Assembly: GCA_002269645.1 (NCBI GenBank)
Contig: NIVC01000169.1
Coordinates: 519,568-583,567, forward strand
Length of the DNA stretch: 64,000 bases
Source of the DNA: Macrostomum lignano
Taxonomy: Eukaryota
Direction of reading: 5' to 3'
Positions 12,501 through 23,884 of this stretch are shown here, one piece after another (positions within the stretch are counted from its first letter, which is position 1; every line of letters begins with the position of its first letter). The position numbers and the translations under genes were made by a program. The notes under the pieces were generated by a model. That model saw only the letters and a program-made list of their open reading frames with translations, was not told where the DNA came from and made no database searches.

Positions 12501-13982
12501 CCGTAGCCAACCATCGAATACGATTTTCCCGCGCCAGTCTGTCCGTAGGCGAACAGGGAGCAATTGTAGCCAAGGAAGGCGTTGTTAAGGACGCCCTGGC
12601 CTAGGTCGCCAAACACTCGCTTCTGGCTGGCGTAGTTCGAGCTGGCCGACTGCGGCTCGAGCACTCCGTCCGGCCTCTCTTCGAATCCGTCATGCGACCT
12701 AAAAAAAGTACAGGTTGTCAGGACAATTACTGCAGAATATCAGCCGTGAAGACTTCGATTTAGCGCACTAACCAGTAGGAATAGTCGAATGCGAACGTCT
12801 TGACGTCTGAAGGATCTGAAATATTTGGGATTCGTTTTGTTATAATTTTTTTATTTTGGTACTTTATTAAACTGCTGCCACTTACATATAGCTATTTCTA
12901 GCGAAACTGCATGACTGATATATGTCTGACATAAAAAGTGAAACGTCAGGAATGAAAGCGAGATGTCAGGAATAGAAGTACAATGTCAGGGCAGAAATCG
13001 AAATGTCAGGGAACGAAGTGAGATGTCAGGGAAGGAATCGAGATGTCAGGGAAGGAATCGAGATGTCAGGGAAGGAATCGAGGTGTCAGTGAAGGAAGTG
13101 AGATGTCAGGGCAGGAATAGAGATGTCAGGGAACGAAGTGAGATGTCAGGGAACGAAATTAGATGTCAGGGAAGAAATTGAGATATCAGTGAAGGAAGTG
13201 AGATGTCAGGGAGAGAAGTGAGACGTCAGGGAAGAAAAAAAAGATGTCAGAAAGGAAGTGAGATGTCAGGGAAGAAAGAAAGATGTCAGAAAGGAAGTGA
13301 GATGTCAGGGAAGGAATCGAGATGTCAGAAAGAAAGTGAGATGTCAGGGAAGATAGAGAGATGTCAGAAAGGAAGTGAGATGTCAGGGAAGAAAGAGAGA
13401 TGTCAGAAAGGAAGTGAGATGTCAGGGAAGGAATCGAGATGTCAGAAAGGAAGTGAGATGTCAGGGAAGGAATCGAGATGTCAGAAAGGAAGTGAGATGT
13501 CAGGGAAGGAATCGAGATGTCAGAAAGGAATCGAGATGTCAGGGAAGGAATCGAGATGTCAGGGAAGGAAGTGAGATGTCAGGGAACGAAGTGAGATGTC
13601 AGGGAACGAAGTGAGATGTCAGGGAAGGAAGTGAGATGTCAGGGAAGGAAGTGAGATGTCAGGGAGCGAAGTGAGATGTCAGGGAGCGAAGTGAGATGCC
13701 AGGGAAGGAAGAGTGATATTATGACAGCTAATATCATACAGCCCCAAAGAGATAAAATACTGGATAAAAAATTAACTCACTGTCAGGGTTAGTTATAGCT
13801 GTATTTTTGTCCTGCATTTGAATGATGAGTTTAGCCTGACGGTCCTTCTCTCTCTGGTTGAATGGCCGAACTCTGACTGCTACTTTCACACTGAAATTTT
13901 GTGATACGAGGGCCAGATTAGCGTGTACAAAAACTATTTAAATGTATTTATTCGAATGAACGACTTACGATTCTTCCGACAT
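533..13982 (-). CDS. KIF28: Kinesin-3 family motor, KIF28/KLP-6-like (motor domain + FHA); 3' part continues beyond window start
   Basis: Exons (minus) 13969-13982, 13781-13890, 12773-12815, 12492-12698, 11128-11197, 8278-8611, 7472-7667, 6700-6850, 5322-5418, 5136-5239, 533-872; all GT-AG with consistent phases. Protein [19 protein letters not shown]...FDYSYWSHDGF...[13 protein letters not shown] (P-loop)...NATSSRAH (switch I)...VDLAGSER (switch II)...[11 protein letters not shown]...[17 protein letters not shown]...[14 protein letters not shown] + FHA. Subfamily assignment is from recalled similarity, not a database search. Confidence 0.92.
926..1034. repeat. 25-nt minisatellite GAGACAGGGAATCTTCTGATTGGTT, left half; resumes at 4990-5092 after the P elements
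   Basis: Same unit on both sides of the nested transposon insertion. Confidence 0.85.
1646..2695 (+). CDS. P-element transposase N-terminal part: THAP zinc finger + basic coiled coil (ORF1, leaves the transposase frame at about 2635)
   Basis: C2CH THAP signature CCAAGC...FHTFP...W...VCSMHF...AVPSIF; then [31 protein letters not shown], typical of P/THAP9 transposases. Confidence 0.9.
   Translation: MEEQPESSKLPRKRKGNYGSFCCAAGCSNNSAMSLAGVSFHTFPKDKEIRKKWLIALRRKDFEPSPSTQVCSMHFEESCFKEQFAGFLPSVKRRLYPNAVPSIFPAFPDHLQPKAEKKRKTATAAAAGEVDFAAFCKSTESSEPEAPVAAKEDEDPGPDIHVNCVPREEFDKKVRALKNLRRRYRRLLSTHSRFKKSAKAVEILRRSLQSKYRKIRSLRSKHRQIKQRAKTLKDVIRELRAKCSLNEAAASRLNFLTSDSLLSSILPSKITKRTRIFSHEVRKFASTLHFYSPKAYAYVRQYFQLPHPASLRRWLSNAKCLPGFCDQAFQNFLGDAAPMMTDPSTTATL
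2635..4482 (+). CDS. P-element transposase catalytic part (ORF2, -1 frame relative to ORF1)
   Basis: Frame is open from 2623 and reads [26 protein letters not shown] upstream of the annotated ATG 2704. Catalytic-region motifs [42 protein letters not shown]; C-terminal CxxC pairs. ORF1+ORF2 fused would be about 945 aa. Confidence 0.9.
   Translation, partial: ELSRRRSSNDDRSFDYCNVVADEMSLEAMVEWNSNEGSFFGYVDKGDGKSTDQEATSALVVMAVGLKSYWKLPLGYFLVSGVDGEFLSSVVEESIQRLYQVGVIASSFTCDGTQHNIRAIELLGARISSPNEIVSSFPHPCDPGIQVSAFLDVPHMLKLIRNQWQSLGTFVWPDRGNIDWKYVCMLQQVQESHGLRLGNKLSRNHINFANLKMKVYLASQLFSKSVADSLRWVHKQGLAGFDHSDVLVTADFIEHINDLFDAFNSKRLVNYGAKMALRADNQSDWIDFFTDSIQLLKSLETPARCKIVDTAKKTGFLGFITNCHAVIALAKYLFSTGEFFFLCTYKLSQDFLELFFNAVRLRNGWNHNPTPKQFRSAFRQLLVHAGGGILQSVSPNVKQQDATIQLSLSCLPSSAESAQKQWKMKVQNDMGLSLESIQHCMNASNCEICQSIVYYIAGAVVRSMLKVVECATCRSALTASSETPPAFRAPCSLVALKNVLNKEGTGGLIFPSSDVFRVLLSAESVIRRASYNSQFSSDVAVHETLRMSSNLFPELDSHSASASSGIESHKLHLIRVMAGLFIKIRMKKLAKELSRAGRRPGRRQRLLRAAIFLNL
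5667..6640 (+). mobile_element. 3'-truncated Ty3/Gypsy-type LTR retrotransposon: putative 5' LTR (5667-5857), PBS and gag
   Basis: TGTA...TACA-bounded 191-bp segment followed by AAT and TGGTCCGGTGAG (PBS-like, from 5861). gag ORF from 5923 with [22 protein letters not shown]...[10 protein letters not shown] and [13 protein letters not shown] motifs. No pol and no 3' LTR. The LTR 5' boundary is tentative. Confidence 0.75.
5923..6640 (+). pseudogene. Retrotransposon gag-like protein, truncated before the zinc knuckle
   Basis: Resembles the Gypsy gag N-terminal motif KLPxFW...PExWF...EAQF. Similarity ends at about ...SGNRRDP, after which the ORF runs into intronic CT repeat and the antisense strand of kinesin exon 8. 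Confidence 0.7.
6960..7335 (-). mobile_element. Possible tRNA-headed SINE-like element in kinesin intron 7
   Basis: Minus strand reads GTCGGTGTAGGGCAGCG...GGTTCGATTCG (A/B-box-like). Internal stem-loop GTGTACAT..CCTGAC/GTCAGG..ATGTACAC at 7136-7177. 12-bp inverted GGTGGCTAATTT pair. No second copy in window. Confidence 0.3.
7715..8250. repeat. 14-nt minisatellite ATTCGGAGACAGGT (kinesin intron 6)
   Basis: About 38 units, direct reading. Confidence 0.95.
8625..9447. repeat. G-rich minisatellite GGTGTGGGGACAC(A/G), two blocks 8625-8772 and 9012-9447 (kinesin intron 5)
   Basis: Variable-length units around a GTGTGGGGAC core. Confidence 0.9.
9749..9876 (-). pseudogene. 18S rRNA fragment (about 128 bp, V7 region and flanks) inside kinesin intron 5
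   Basis: Reverse complement TGCATGGCCGTTCTTAGTTGGTGGAGCGATTTGTCTGGTTcATTCCGATAgaGAACGAGACTC...CTTCTTAGAGGGACAAGCGGC matches universally conserved eukaryotic SSU motifs with a few substitutions. Flanks are not rDNA. Confidence 0.9.
11345..12470. repeat. 14-nt minisatellite TAGCTACCCTCTAT with repeated AGATGCAATGTATTAGCTAAACCTAAAATC interruptions (kinesin intron 4)
   Basis: The pair of interruptions recurs about 390 bp later. Confidence 0.95.
12945..13710. repeat. 20-nt minisatellite GAGATGTCAGGGAAGGAAGT (kinesin intron 2)
   Basis: Direct reading. Confidence 0.95.
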
Positions 13983-16165
13983 GGCTATAGTTCAGTAGCT
14001 CAGTCAGTCAAAGCTGATTTTTAGGCGATCGATATACTGCAGCAGCTAATAAAAATAGCGCAGTTACGATTTAAACGATAATATTATATAAGTTCAACTT
14101 TACCCTTACATACGGCTCGTATAACAATATGAAAAAGTAAAGTCTTTGGATTTTATTTTATTTCCATGTATTACTATGTTTTCAGGATTTACTAAAGCTA
14201 TTTTTAGAAGAATTAAAAAATTCTATGCCTAAATTTTTAGTCAAAAATTTTAAGCTTAGTGCAAAATTGAGGACAGATCAATCAAAATTTGTTTGCAAAA
14301 TACTCTAGCTCTCTTGTATTTTTACTTAAATTTACACTTTTCGCTTTTTACCGAAGTTGATATGATTATATTTTGATAAAACTTTTTTGATTCAAAAAAG
14401 CTTCACATTTTTACCTTTGAAGTAATAAAATAGATGTGATAAATTTCAAAAATTCGAGATACATGTTCGTTCAATTTAAAAATACGTTTTATGGATTTCC
14501 AATGCGGATTGATTTTTGCTCTACTGTAAAATTGATTCTGTCAGTAGAAAATTTAGGTTATTATGCACTTTAGTTTAGTTTGTGCTCTTGTAATACTTAT
14601 CAATATGCCAAAATGGTTATACTGAGGCTTGCAATTTTCCGGGTTCGATGAACAATATTTTTTAAATATTTTATAAGCATTAAAAGTTCTTTTCAATACC
14701 ATAATCGGGGCATATTTTTGTAAATCTGCACATTAAATATTTATCAGATTCTATTCATTTTTGACCTTAGCGGACTTTTCCGAACTATTATTTTGCTAAA
14801 AATATTTCGTCCGTACAACTTTCAAACTATATATCAACGTATAAATCGTTTGGTCAATCGTTTGACTTTGATTTTAAATGATACATGTACGCTCGCATAT
14901 TCTGAAATTACAGTTTTATCATTGTAACCATATATTTTAAAAGTTTTTTTGCTGGATGTAAATCAAAATAAGTCAGTGGCGGAGCCAGTATTTCTTGGGG
15001 TACATGTAAACTCCTTGAAATGATATAATATAAGTAAATAAAAAGTTCCGAACATTATTTGAAAAAATTTTTGGGTTGTGTTGCACCCCTTGGATCCCAC
15101 AAAAATCAGAATAAATAGATTGATTATGCAATAGTGAATTGCTTTTGTCAAAATTGTCTCTGCATACTAAAAGTAGTAAAGATGAAGCATCTACATGAAT
15201 CAGTAGGTATCAGCCAAATCCAGCCCTCGGGTTCTTTGAAACTTTACAATCGCAATCCGGCCCGCTCAATGTCTGTCTCTTCTCAGCTCTCTTCTCTCTT
15301 CTCTCTTGTCTCGCCTCTTCTCTCTCCCCTCTTCTCTCTCCCCTCTTCTCTCATCTCTCATCTTTTATTCTCTCTCCTTTCCACTCCTAGGCCCCGCAGT
15401 CGTGAGCTGAATTCTTTATCTGGTGATAAAGGTAAAAAAGTTTGTCAACCGATGTCCATAGAATTCTAGATATTAACTAGATTTACAAATCTGGATAAAT
15501 TCTCCAATGACCTGGTCATGAGATATCAATGTCATGAGATTTGAGTTGGCCCCGCAGTCGAGGTTTTAGCGCTATTTCGGCACCACAAGAGAGATGTCTA
15601 TTCTGTCCTGGGAGGTCCTAATCTAGATGGGTCAACCCCCATTGCCGTAGGCAACTTCCGCCCCCTATTTCGTGAAATTGTCACAGCGCTTGCAGCCGCA
15701 AGAACACTGTATTGAGGATACAGGTGCATTCGAATTGCAATTGTGACAAAAAGGATTTTGTCATTCTTTCCAACTTAGCCCAACTATGAGTTATGTTATT
15801 AGGTCGTAAAATAAGGGGGCCAGTGCCTGCCTGCCTGCCACCCGCACTGAGCAAAGACCGCGCTAGATGGAGATTCATTCAACAGATCCTCCCCGAGGCG
15901 GGACAGCGGGGCAGCTGAAATCAATTCCCTTTCCCTAACTCTCCCCACCCCATCCCGGCATCGCTGGGAATTGGGGTGGGCTGGTTTTGCTCACGCTATT
16001 GGGATTATTACTGCCCAAACACACTTGTACGCCATTTTTCAGCTGCCCATTTTCCCGTATTTTATACTATTTTAACTATAGTTATGTCTTGCCTGTTCAG
16101 CGCCAACGGGCAGACTTAAGGCTGGGCATTTTTCCCTTTCCCAATATCTTTTTCCTTACAGTTGA

Positions 16166-16226
16166 TTCCCACGTCCACGTGGAAGCACGTGGGAGGCTGC
16201 AGCAGCACCTTTCGCTGGCGTGGGAA
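16166..16226. promoter_or_regulatory. Cluster of two CSL/Su(H)-type sites and two CACGTG E-boxes
   Basis: TTCCCACG 16166-16173, CACGTG 16176-16181 and 16186-16191, CGTGGGAA 16219-16226. Function is not demonstrated. Confidence 0.3.
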
Positions 16227-16407
16227 CCGCTGATAGTAGGAGAACGAATATTATTTGCGGCAATCGTAACAATAAAACAAAACCGACTTCGAAACCGAAG
16301 AATAAGAGTAGAAATATTATAAAAGGTCAAAAAAGTAATTAAAACTATATGAAATTTATTCGGATCAATATAGTTCGTATTTCACATCAGCGCTTTCTAA
16401 TGTCTAA

Positions 16408-17190
16408 ACTTCCCAATCCCCAAAACTTCTTAATACCAAAAACTTCCCAATCCTCAAGAATTCCCAGTCCTCAAGAATTCCCAATCCTCAAGAATTCCCA
16501 ATCCTCAGGAATTCCCAATCCTCAAGAATTCCCAATCCTCAAGAATTCCCAATCCTCAAGAATTCCCAATCTTCAAGAATTCCCACTCCTCGAAACTTCC
16601 CAATCCCCGAAACTTCCCAATCCCCAAAACTTCCCAATCCCCGAAACTTCCCAATCCCCAAAACTTCCCAATCCCCGAAACTTCCCAATCCCCAAAACTT
16701 CCCAATCCCCGAAACTTCCCAATCCCCAAAACTTCCCAATCCCCGAAAAATCCCAATCCCCAAAACTTCCCAATCCCCGAAACTTCCCAATCCCCAAAAC
16801 TTCCCAATCCCCGAAACTTCCCAATCCCCAAAACTTCCCAATCCCCGAAACTTCCCAATCCCCAAAACTTCCCAATCCCCGAAACTTCCCAATCCCCAAA
16901 ACTTCCCAATCCCCGAAACTTCCCAATCCCCAAAACTTCCCAATCCCCGAAACTTCCCAATCCCCAAAACTTCCCAATCCCCGAAAAATCCCAATCCCCA
17001 AAACTTCCCAATCCCCGAAACTTCCCAATCCCCAAAACTTCCCAATCCCCGAAACTTCCCAATCCCCAAAACTTCCCAATCCCCGAAACTTCCCAATCCC
17101 CAAAACTTCCCAATCCCCGAAACTTCCCAATCCCCAAAACTTCCCAATCCTCGAAACTTCCCAATCCCCAAAACTTCCCAATCCTCATTC
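16408..17190. repeat. 17-nt minisatellite CTTCCCAATCCCC(A/G)AAA
   Basis: Alternating A/G variants, intergenic. Confidence 0.95.
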
Positions 17191-17891
17191 CCAAAAAACT
17201 TCCCGAATTCTCAAAATCTCAGGAAAAACTGATTTCAAAATTGAATAAATGCATTTAGGTGCAAAAGTACTTGCCAAATTTTATATATAAATGCAATTTA
17301 CAGTCGGCATGAACACGAGCTCGAGCTAAATGCATTAGCATTATTAGTAAATTCGAATCAAGGACATGGCGCACCCATCCCCAGTGGTTTGAGCCAGTCT
17401 AGCAAACTTTCACTTGGAAACAGCAAAAAACACTTATGCAAAATAACTATAAATATGTTGAAATGTTGTCTATCTGTGTTACATTTTGGACAGTTTGTCT
17501 ACATACTGCAGCTCCGGCGTGAAAGCTGGCATATCAGTGTTTATGATATCCTGGATTCACCGTGTGCCTGCTAATACCGAAAGTTGGAGCAGGTGATTTT
17601 AAAGCAGACTAAAAAGCAACCTATTGGAGTTTCAGTTACTAATAATAATCATATAGTCCTGGATAAATAAATAATCCGATTCGGCAGACAATTCGTGTCG
17701 CCAAACGATTTCACGAGAACGGAATTATCCCAATGTTTTCAGTTCCCGTCATAACTTCTTATACTCTTCGAGTCAGACAGAAAAGTCTGCAGTCTGCCAT
17801 CTGAATTGCTAATTCTGTGCGGAGTCACCTACGCTGGAAAATAAAAAACTGTTTTTGGTTTCTTTTAAATTCCCTTTAGCTTCCTTCCTAA

Positions 17892-19128
17892 AGTTTTCCT
17901 GGGTGAGGGAGCGGAAATCCCCAGTGAGGGAGCGGAGATCCTCAGTGAAGGAGCGGAGATCCTCAGTGCGGGAGCGGAGATCCTCAGTGAAGGAGCGGAG
18001 ATCCTCAGTGAAGGAGCGGAGATCCTCAGTGAAGGAGCGGAAATCCCCAGTGAGGGAGCGGAGATCCTCAGTGAAGGAGCGGAGATCCTCAGTGCGGGAG
18101 CGGAGATCCTCAGTGAAGGAGCGGAGATCCTCAATGAAATGGCGGAGATCCTCAATGAAATGGCGGAGATCCTCAGTGAAGGAGCGGAGATTCTCAGTGA
18201 AGGAGCGGAGATCCTCAATGAAATGGCGGAGATCCTCAGTGCGGGAGCGGAGATCCTCAGTGCGGAAGCGGAGATCCTCAGTGCGGGAGCGGAGATCCTC
18301 AGTGAAGGAGCGGAGATTCTCAGTGAAGGAGCGGAGATCCTCAATGAAATGGCGGAGATCCTCAGTGCGGGAGCGGAGATTCTCAGTGAGGGAGCGGAGA
18401 TCCTCAATGAAATGGCGGAGATCCTCAGTGAAGGAGCGGAGATTCTCAGTGAAGGAGCGGAGATCCTCAATGAAATGGCGGAGATCCTCAGTGCGGGAGC
18501 GGAGATCCTCAGTGCGGGAGCGGAGATCCTCAATGAAATGGCGGAGATCCTCAGTGCGGGAGCGGAGATCCTCAGTGCGGGAGCGGAGATCCTCAGTGAA
18601 GGAGCGGAGATTCTCAGTGAAGGAGCGGAGATCCTCAGTGCGGGAGCGGAGATCCTCAGTGAAGGAGCGGAGATTCTCAGTGAGGGAGCGGAGATCCTCA
18701 GTGAAGGAGCGGAGATCCTCAGTGAGGGAGCGGAGATCCTCAGTGAAGGAGCGGAGATCCTCAGTGAAGGAGCGGAGATCCTCAGTGAGGGAGCGGAGAT
18801 CCTCAGTGAAGGAGCGGAGATCCTCAGTGAGGGAGCGGAGATCCTCAGTGAGGGAGCGGAGATCCTCAGTGAAGGAGCGGAGATCCTCAGTGAGGGAGCG
18901 GAGATCCTCAGTGAAGGAGCGGAGATCCTCAGTGAGGGAGCGGAGATCCTCAGTGAGGGAGCGGAGATCCTCAGTGAAGAAGCGGAGATCCTCAGTGAAG
19001 GAGCGGAGATCCTCAGTGAGGGAGCGGAGATCCTCAGTGAGGGAGCGGAGATCCTCAGTGAAGAAGCGGAGATCCTCAATGAAATGGCGGAGATCCTCAG
19101 TGAAGGAGCGGAGATTCTCAGTGAAGGA
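17892..19128. repeat. 21-nt minisatellite GAGCGGAGATCCTCAGTGAAG
   Basis: About 59 units; source of the 350-457 aa pseudo-ORFs in several frames. Confidence 0.97.
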
Positions 19129-19644
19129 GTAGAGACAGCAGAAAAGTTGGGCAATTCCAGTGAAGGAACATTCCAACGCCACAATAGCATGAATTATTAA
19201 TGACCCGTCCAGACTTCAGACTCGAAACGAAAGCTCGAGTTTTAGTTTAAAAAACTGACCGAACGGATTCAGACAACAAGCAAGACACAATAATACTCGA
19301 AATTATAACAAAACTAACACGGCAAGAAGTTTCTATGCGGGCAGTTGGGGGGGGGGGGGGGTCGCGACATGCTCAACTGTCTGAGTTTTCTGCACGTCGC
19401 ATCGACGCCAGTCTGCAGCGGCTAAATTTCGAGTTTCTGGGGTTGGGCAGCATGGAACTGTCTGGCTCGAGACAGCGCTTGCTCGGCAGGGAGTACTAGA
19501 TATGAAGTGGCATCTGGAGCTGGAGTATCAAGGGGCGCTCAAAGATGGCGCGCAACATTCATAACACAGCTCCTCATATCGCTTCACTCATTACCGCACC
19601 AACTTCACAACACAAAAATTTCACAAGACATAACCTTATTATAA

Positions 19645-20145
19645 GACCTAAACTTCATTAGACTTAAACTTCACAAGAACTAAACTTCATTAGACCTAAA
19701 CTTCATTAGACCTAAACTTCATTAGACTTAAACTTCATTAGACCTAAACTTCATTAGACCTAAACTTCATTAGACTTAAACTTCACAAGAACTAAACTTC
19801 ATTAGACCTAAACTTCATTAGACCTAAACTTCATTAGACTTAAACTTCACAAGAACTAAACTTCATTAGACCTAAACTTCATTAGACCTAAACTTCATTA
19901 GACATAAACTTCATTAGACCTAAACTTCATTAGACCTAAACTTCATTAGACCTAAACTTCATTAGACCTAAACTTCATCAGACCTAAACTTCATTAGACC
20001 TAAACTTCATTAGACCTAAACTTCATTAGACCTAAACTTCATTAGACCTAAACTTCATTAGACCTAAACTTCATTAGACCTAAACTTCATTAGACCTAAA
20101 CTTCATTAGACTTAAACTTCACAAGACCTAAACTTCATTAGACCT
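19645..20145. repeat. 16-nt minisatellite AAACTTCATTAGACCT
   Basis: Direct reading. Confidence 0.95.
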
Positions 20146-21009
20146 AAAACACAAGACATGGACCTTAAACTTCACAAAAGTCTAAAATCTTTTTGGGATA
20201 AACAAAAATAAAAAATTAAGAGATTTAACTTTTTAAAGTTTTGCCGACAATTAGTTCGCCACTAGCCAATATTCATCTCTGAACGCCATGAGCATTGGGA
20301 ACGGGGGCAGTTTTATAACTGTTATATATAAGCGCCAGATTTTCATCTGCATGTGGCGTCGTGCTTTTTGCTAAACAAGCAGCTTGACAAATAATTTTGT
20401 GTTATTCTTGCTTTACATTTCTTATATAGTAAACACATTCGGTGGGGAGGGCCCTGGCGACTAAATATAGGTAATGACTGCTAGATAAGGGAATGTGGGG
20501 AGGGGGGCAAACTCAGGTACCAGCAGCTATAGCTCGTATATCCCCCATGTCCGGCAAAAACTGCCCCAGCATGTTTTTCCAGAACCGCCACCACAAACAC
20601 GGGAGTCTGCGACTGTCTCAACCTCCCTTGGGGGAGGGGGCATTATTAGCAAGAAATCCCTGCCCATGCGGAGACAGGCAGTCTCGCCTCTTAGCTGGCA
20701 TGGCGGCAACTCTCTGTCCAAACAAGTCCTCGTCTGGACAGAGACAGCGAGCGGCGTGCTTCAATCAGGGAGCCGTCGTGCGAGCAGTTTATAGCGGTGC
20801 TGGCGCTAGTTGCTCATTCGCGAGTTCCCCCAGCCGCGGAGTGCAGACTCTTGGAGCCTCGGAGATGCGGGAAAGATTAGAGTATGCGAGGAAACTAGCA
20901 TTTTTGTTTTTATTCATTTTCTCTTCTTCGCAGAAAAACCGAGAACTAAAAACTTTGAAAAAATTGTAAAATGGAAGAAATTCATGGCGCCACTGGTTTT
21001 CTTGTCATC

Positions 21010-21570
21010 GCCACCGTAAGGAACTTCTGGCGCCACTATAAGGAACTTCTGGCGCCACTGTAAGGAACTTCTGGCGCCACTGGAAGAAACTCCTAGCGCC
21101 ACTGTAAGGAACTTCTGACGCCACTGGAAGGAACTCCTAGCGCCATAGGAAGGAACTTCTGGCGCCACTGGAAGGAACTTCTGATGCCACTGGAACTGGA
21201 AGGAACTTCTGGCGCCACCGTAACGAACTTCTGACGCCACTGTAAGGAACTTCTGGCGCCACTGGAAGAAACTCCTAGCGCCACTGTAAGGAACTTCTGA
21301 CGCCACTGGAAGGAACTCCTAGCGCCACCGTAACGAACTTCTGACGCCACTGGAAGAAACTCCTAGCGCCACCGTAACGAACTTCTGACGCCACTGTAAG
21401 GAACTTCTGGCGCCACTGGAAGAAACTCCTAGCGCCACTGTAAGGAACTTCTGACGCCACTGGAAGGAACTCCTAGCGCCATAGGAAGGAACTTCTGGCG
21501 CCACTGGAAGGAACTTCTGATGCCACTGGAACTGGAAGGAACTTCTAGCACCACTGGAAGGAATTTTTGG
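21010..21570. repeat. 21-22-nt minisatellite GGCGCCACTGTAAGGAACTTCT
   Basis: Direct reading; internal block duplication. Confidence 0.9.
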
Positions 21571-22269
21571 CACCTAATTATAGGAACTTTTGAAACTTAG
21601 AAGGCACTTAGGCACTTAGACTTACCTACCATATTAATACTAATAATTTTGCAGCTATATATTTATTAGTGCGTGACTGACGGTGGCTGGCTTTGGAACA
21701 CGCGACTTTTACATAAATAACCTCATGGTTCTCGCACTCAATCTTGTCTAGAAATGCCCAATATGAAGGCATTGTGTGTGTCTCGCATTTGAGCTCGCCG
21801 GACCGAACGATCACTTTGACAATGTGCTGTAAAAGTCAAACCAGCAGCTCATCAAAATCAGTCAATCCGATTGCTATAGTATAATATATATATAATACGG
21901 TGATGCAACAGTGTTGCAAACCCATTCATAGCGCCAATCAAACACGGGGCACCCGCAGATTTTCGGCTCTTTTAAAAATCGGTGCCTGCCCTGTCTGCGG
22001 TCACAAATAGATTTATCACATTGTAAACTGTGCATGGCTCCTGCATGTGGCGCCCCCCCCCACCAACCACCTCATCTTCAACCCGGATCACTGCCCTGAT
22101 TGCGCAACAGGCTTCCCATGTCTCCGCGATTTCAATACCCTTTTCACATTTCCTCCCATCTGCAGCGCGCGGGCATGCGATGTTCAACTCTCTCTTGTGA
22201 ATAGAGAAGCTGAAACTGGATCAAATATTTTCAGCATTCCTGATGGCTGAGCTGACTCAAAACCTCATC

Positions 22270-23062
22270 AATCCCAAGCTTCACAATCCCGAAGCCTCAC
22301 AATCCCGAAGCTTCACAACCCCCAAGCTTCACAACCCCCAAGCTTCACAACCCCCAAGCTTCACAACCCCCAAGCTTCACAACCCCAAGCTTCACAACAT
22401 CCAAGCTTCACAACCCCCAAGCTTCACAATATCCAAGCTTCACAACATCCAAGCTTCACAACCCCCAAGCTTCACAACCCCCAAGCTTCACAACCCCCAA
22501 GCTTCACAACCCCCAAGCTTCACAACCCCCAAGCTTCACAACCCCCAAGCTTCACAACCCCCAAGCTTCACAACCCCCAAGCTTCACAACCCCCAAGCTT
22601 CACAACCCCCAAGCTTCACAACCCCCAAGCTTCACAACCCCCAAGCTTCACAACCCCCAAGCTTCACAACCCCCAAGCTTCACAACCCCCAAGCTTCACA
22701 ACCCCCAAGCTTCACAACCCCCAAGCTTCACAACCCCCAAGCTTCACAACCCCCAAGCTTCACAACCCCCAAGCTTCACAACCCCAAGCTTCACAACCCC
22801 CAAGCTTCACAACCCCCAAGCTTCACAACCCCAAGCTTCACAACCCCCAAGCTTCACAACCCCCAAGCTTCACAACATCCAAGCTTCACAACCCCCAAGC
22901 TTCACAACATCCAAGCTTCACAACATCCAAGCTTCACGACCCCAAGCTTCACAACCCCCAAGCTTCACAACCCCCAAGTTTCACAACCCCCAAGCTTCAC
23001 AACCCCCAAGCTTCACAACCCCTAAGCTTCACAACCCCCAAGCTTCACAATTTCGAAGCTTC
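22270..23062. repeat. 15-16-nt minisatellite CCCCAAGCTTCACAAC
   Basis: Direct reading. Confidence 0.95.
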
Positions 23063-23884
23063 CCAACTTTTAATTTAAACTTGAAATCCAGATGAACCGA
23101 CTAAATGATTGGAGGACCCATACAGGTCTATTGGCTGTGGAATTCCGGAAGTTCTGACTAAAATAAAAGCAAGAATGACACTCTGAACTCAGCCCAAAGC
23201 GGCTTCTGAGTCTTGACATGCATTTTTATTGCTACATTTTGCTGGTTCGTGGTTTATATAAATAATCTATAGGTCGTATTTTTGTGCTAATTTAACGACT
23301 AAAAAGTCACCTACGACTAAAAAGTCACCTATGAGCAGTATGAATTCCGGAATATGTTTCTAAAAATTTCGCCTACTTTTATTGATCTTTTTTATCATGG
23401 TAATAATCTGAAAAAAAAGTGAATACCCCAACAACCCGAAAGCAAAATAATCACCAAAAAAGGCAACAAAAAACCGAATTGATAAAGATCAAACTCATTG
23501 AATTTGAAACTCATGAAGTATTCATATTGATGATGGTGTATTTATGATATAACTGCGCTACAAGAAGGTTTTGGGCAAATGGAGTCCATCATAACATTGT
23601 TGCATATGATATGATTGTAAGCAATAATTAGTTAACAAAGCAAAACGTGTAACAATGGTCAAAGATTTACATGCAAAGTATAATTTTAAAAAAATTTGCG
23701 TCACGAAATCTTCATTTTAGCTACTTAAACGACAAGCCATGTACGAGTAAGCAATTCTTTTTGGCAGTGAATTTGGCAGTGACTTGAGTGAGGAATAACT
23801 GATAAATATGAGCTATTTTGCATTTCAAATCCATCAATTTTTATTACTTATCAAGGATAGCTTAGGTTTACTAGACTGCAAAAG

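Noticed and set aside
17809-19200. 353-457 aa ORFs in four frames
   Set aside because: They lie wholly on a 21-nt stop-free tandem unit and are open on both strands; no unique coding flank.
10200-19560. Shared GTGGCATCTGGAGCT 15-mer at about 10275 (minus) and 19507 (plus)
   Set aside because: Flanks do not align with consistent spacing; insufficient to call a repeat family.
20493-20969. 158-aa GC-rich ORF
   Set aside because: No recognisable domain or codon pattern; overlapping short ORFs in other frames are equally uninformative.
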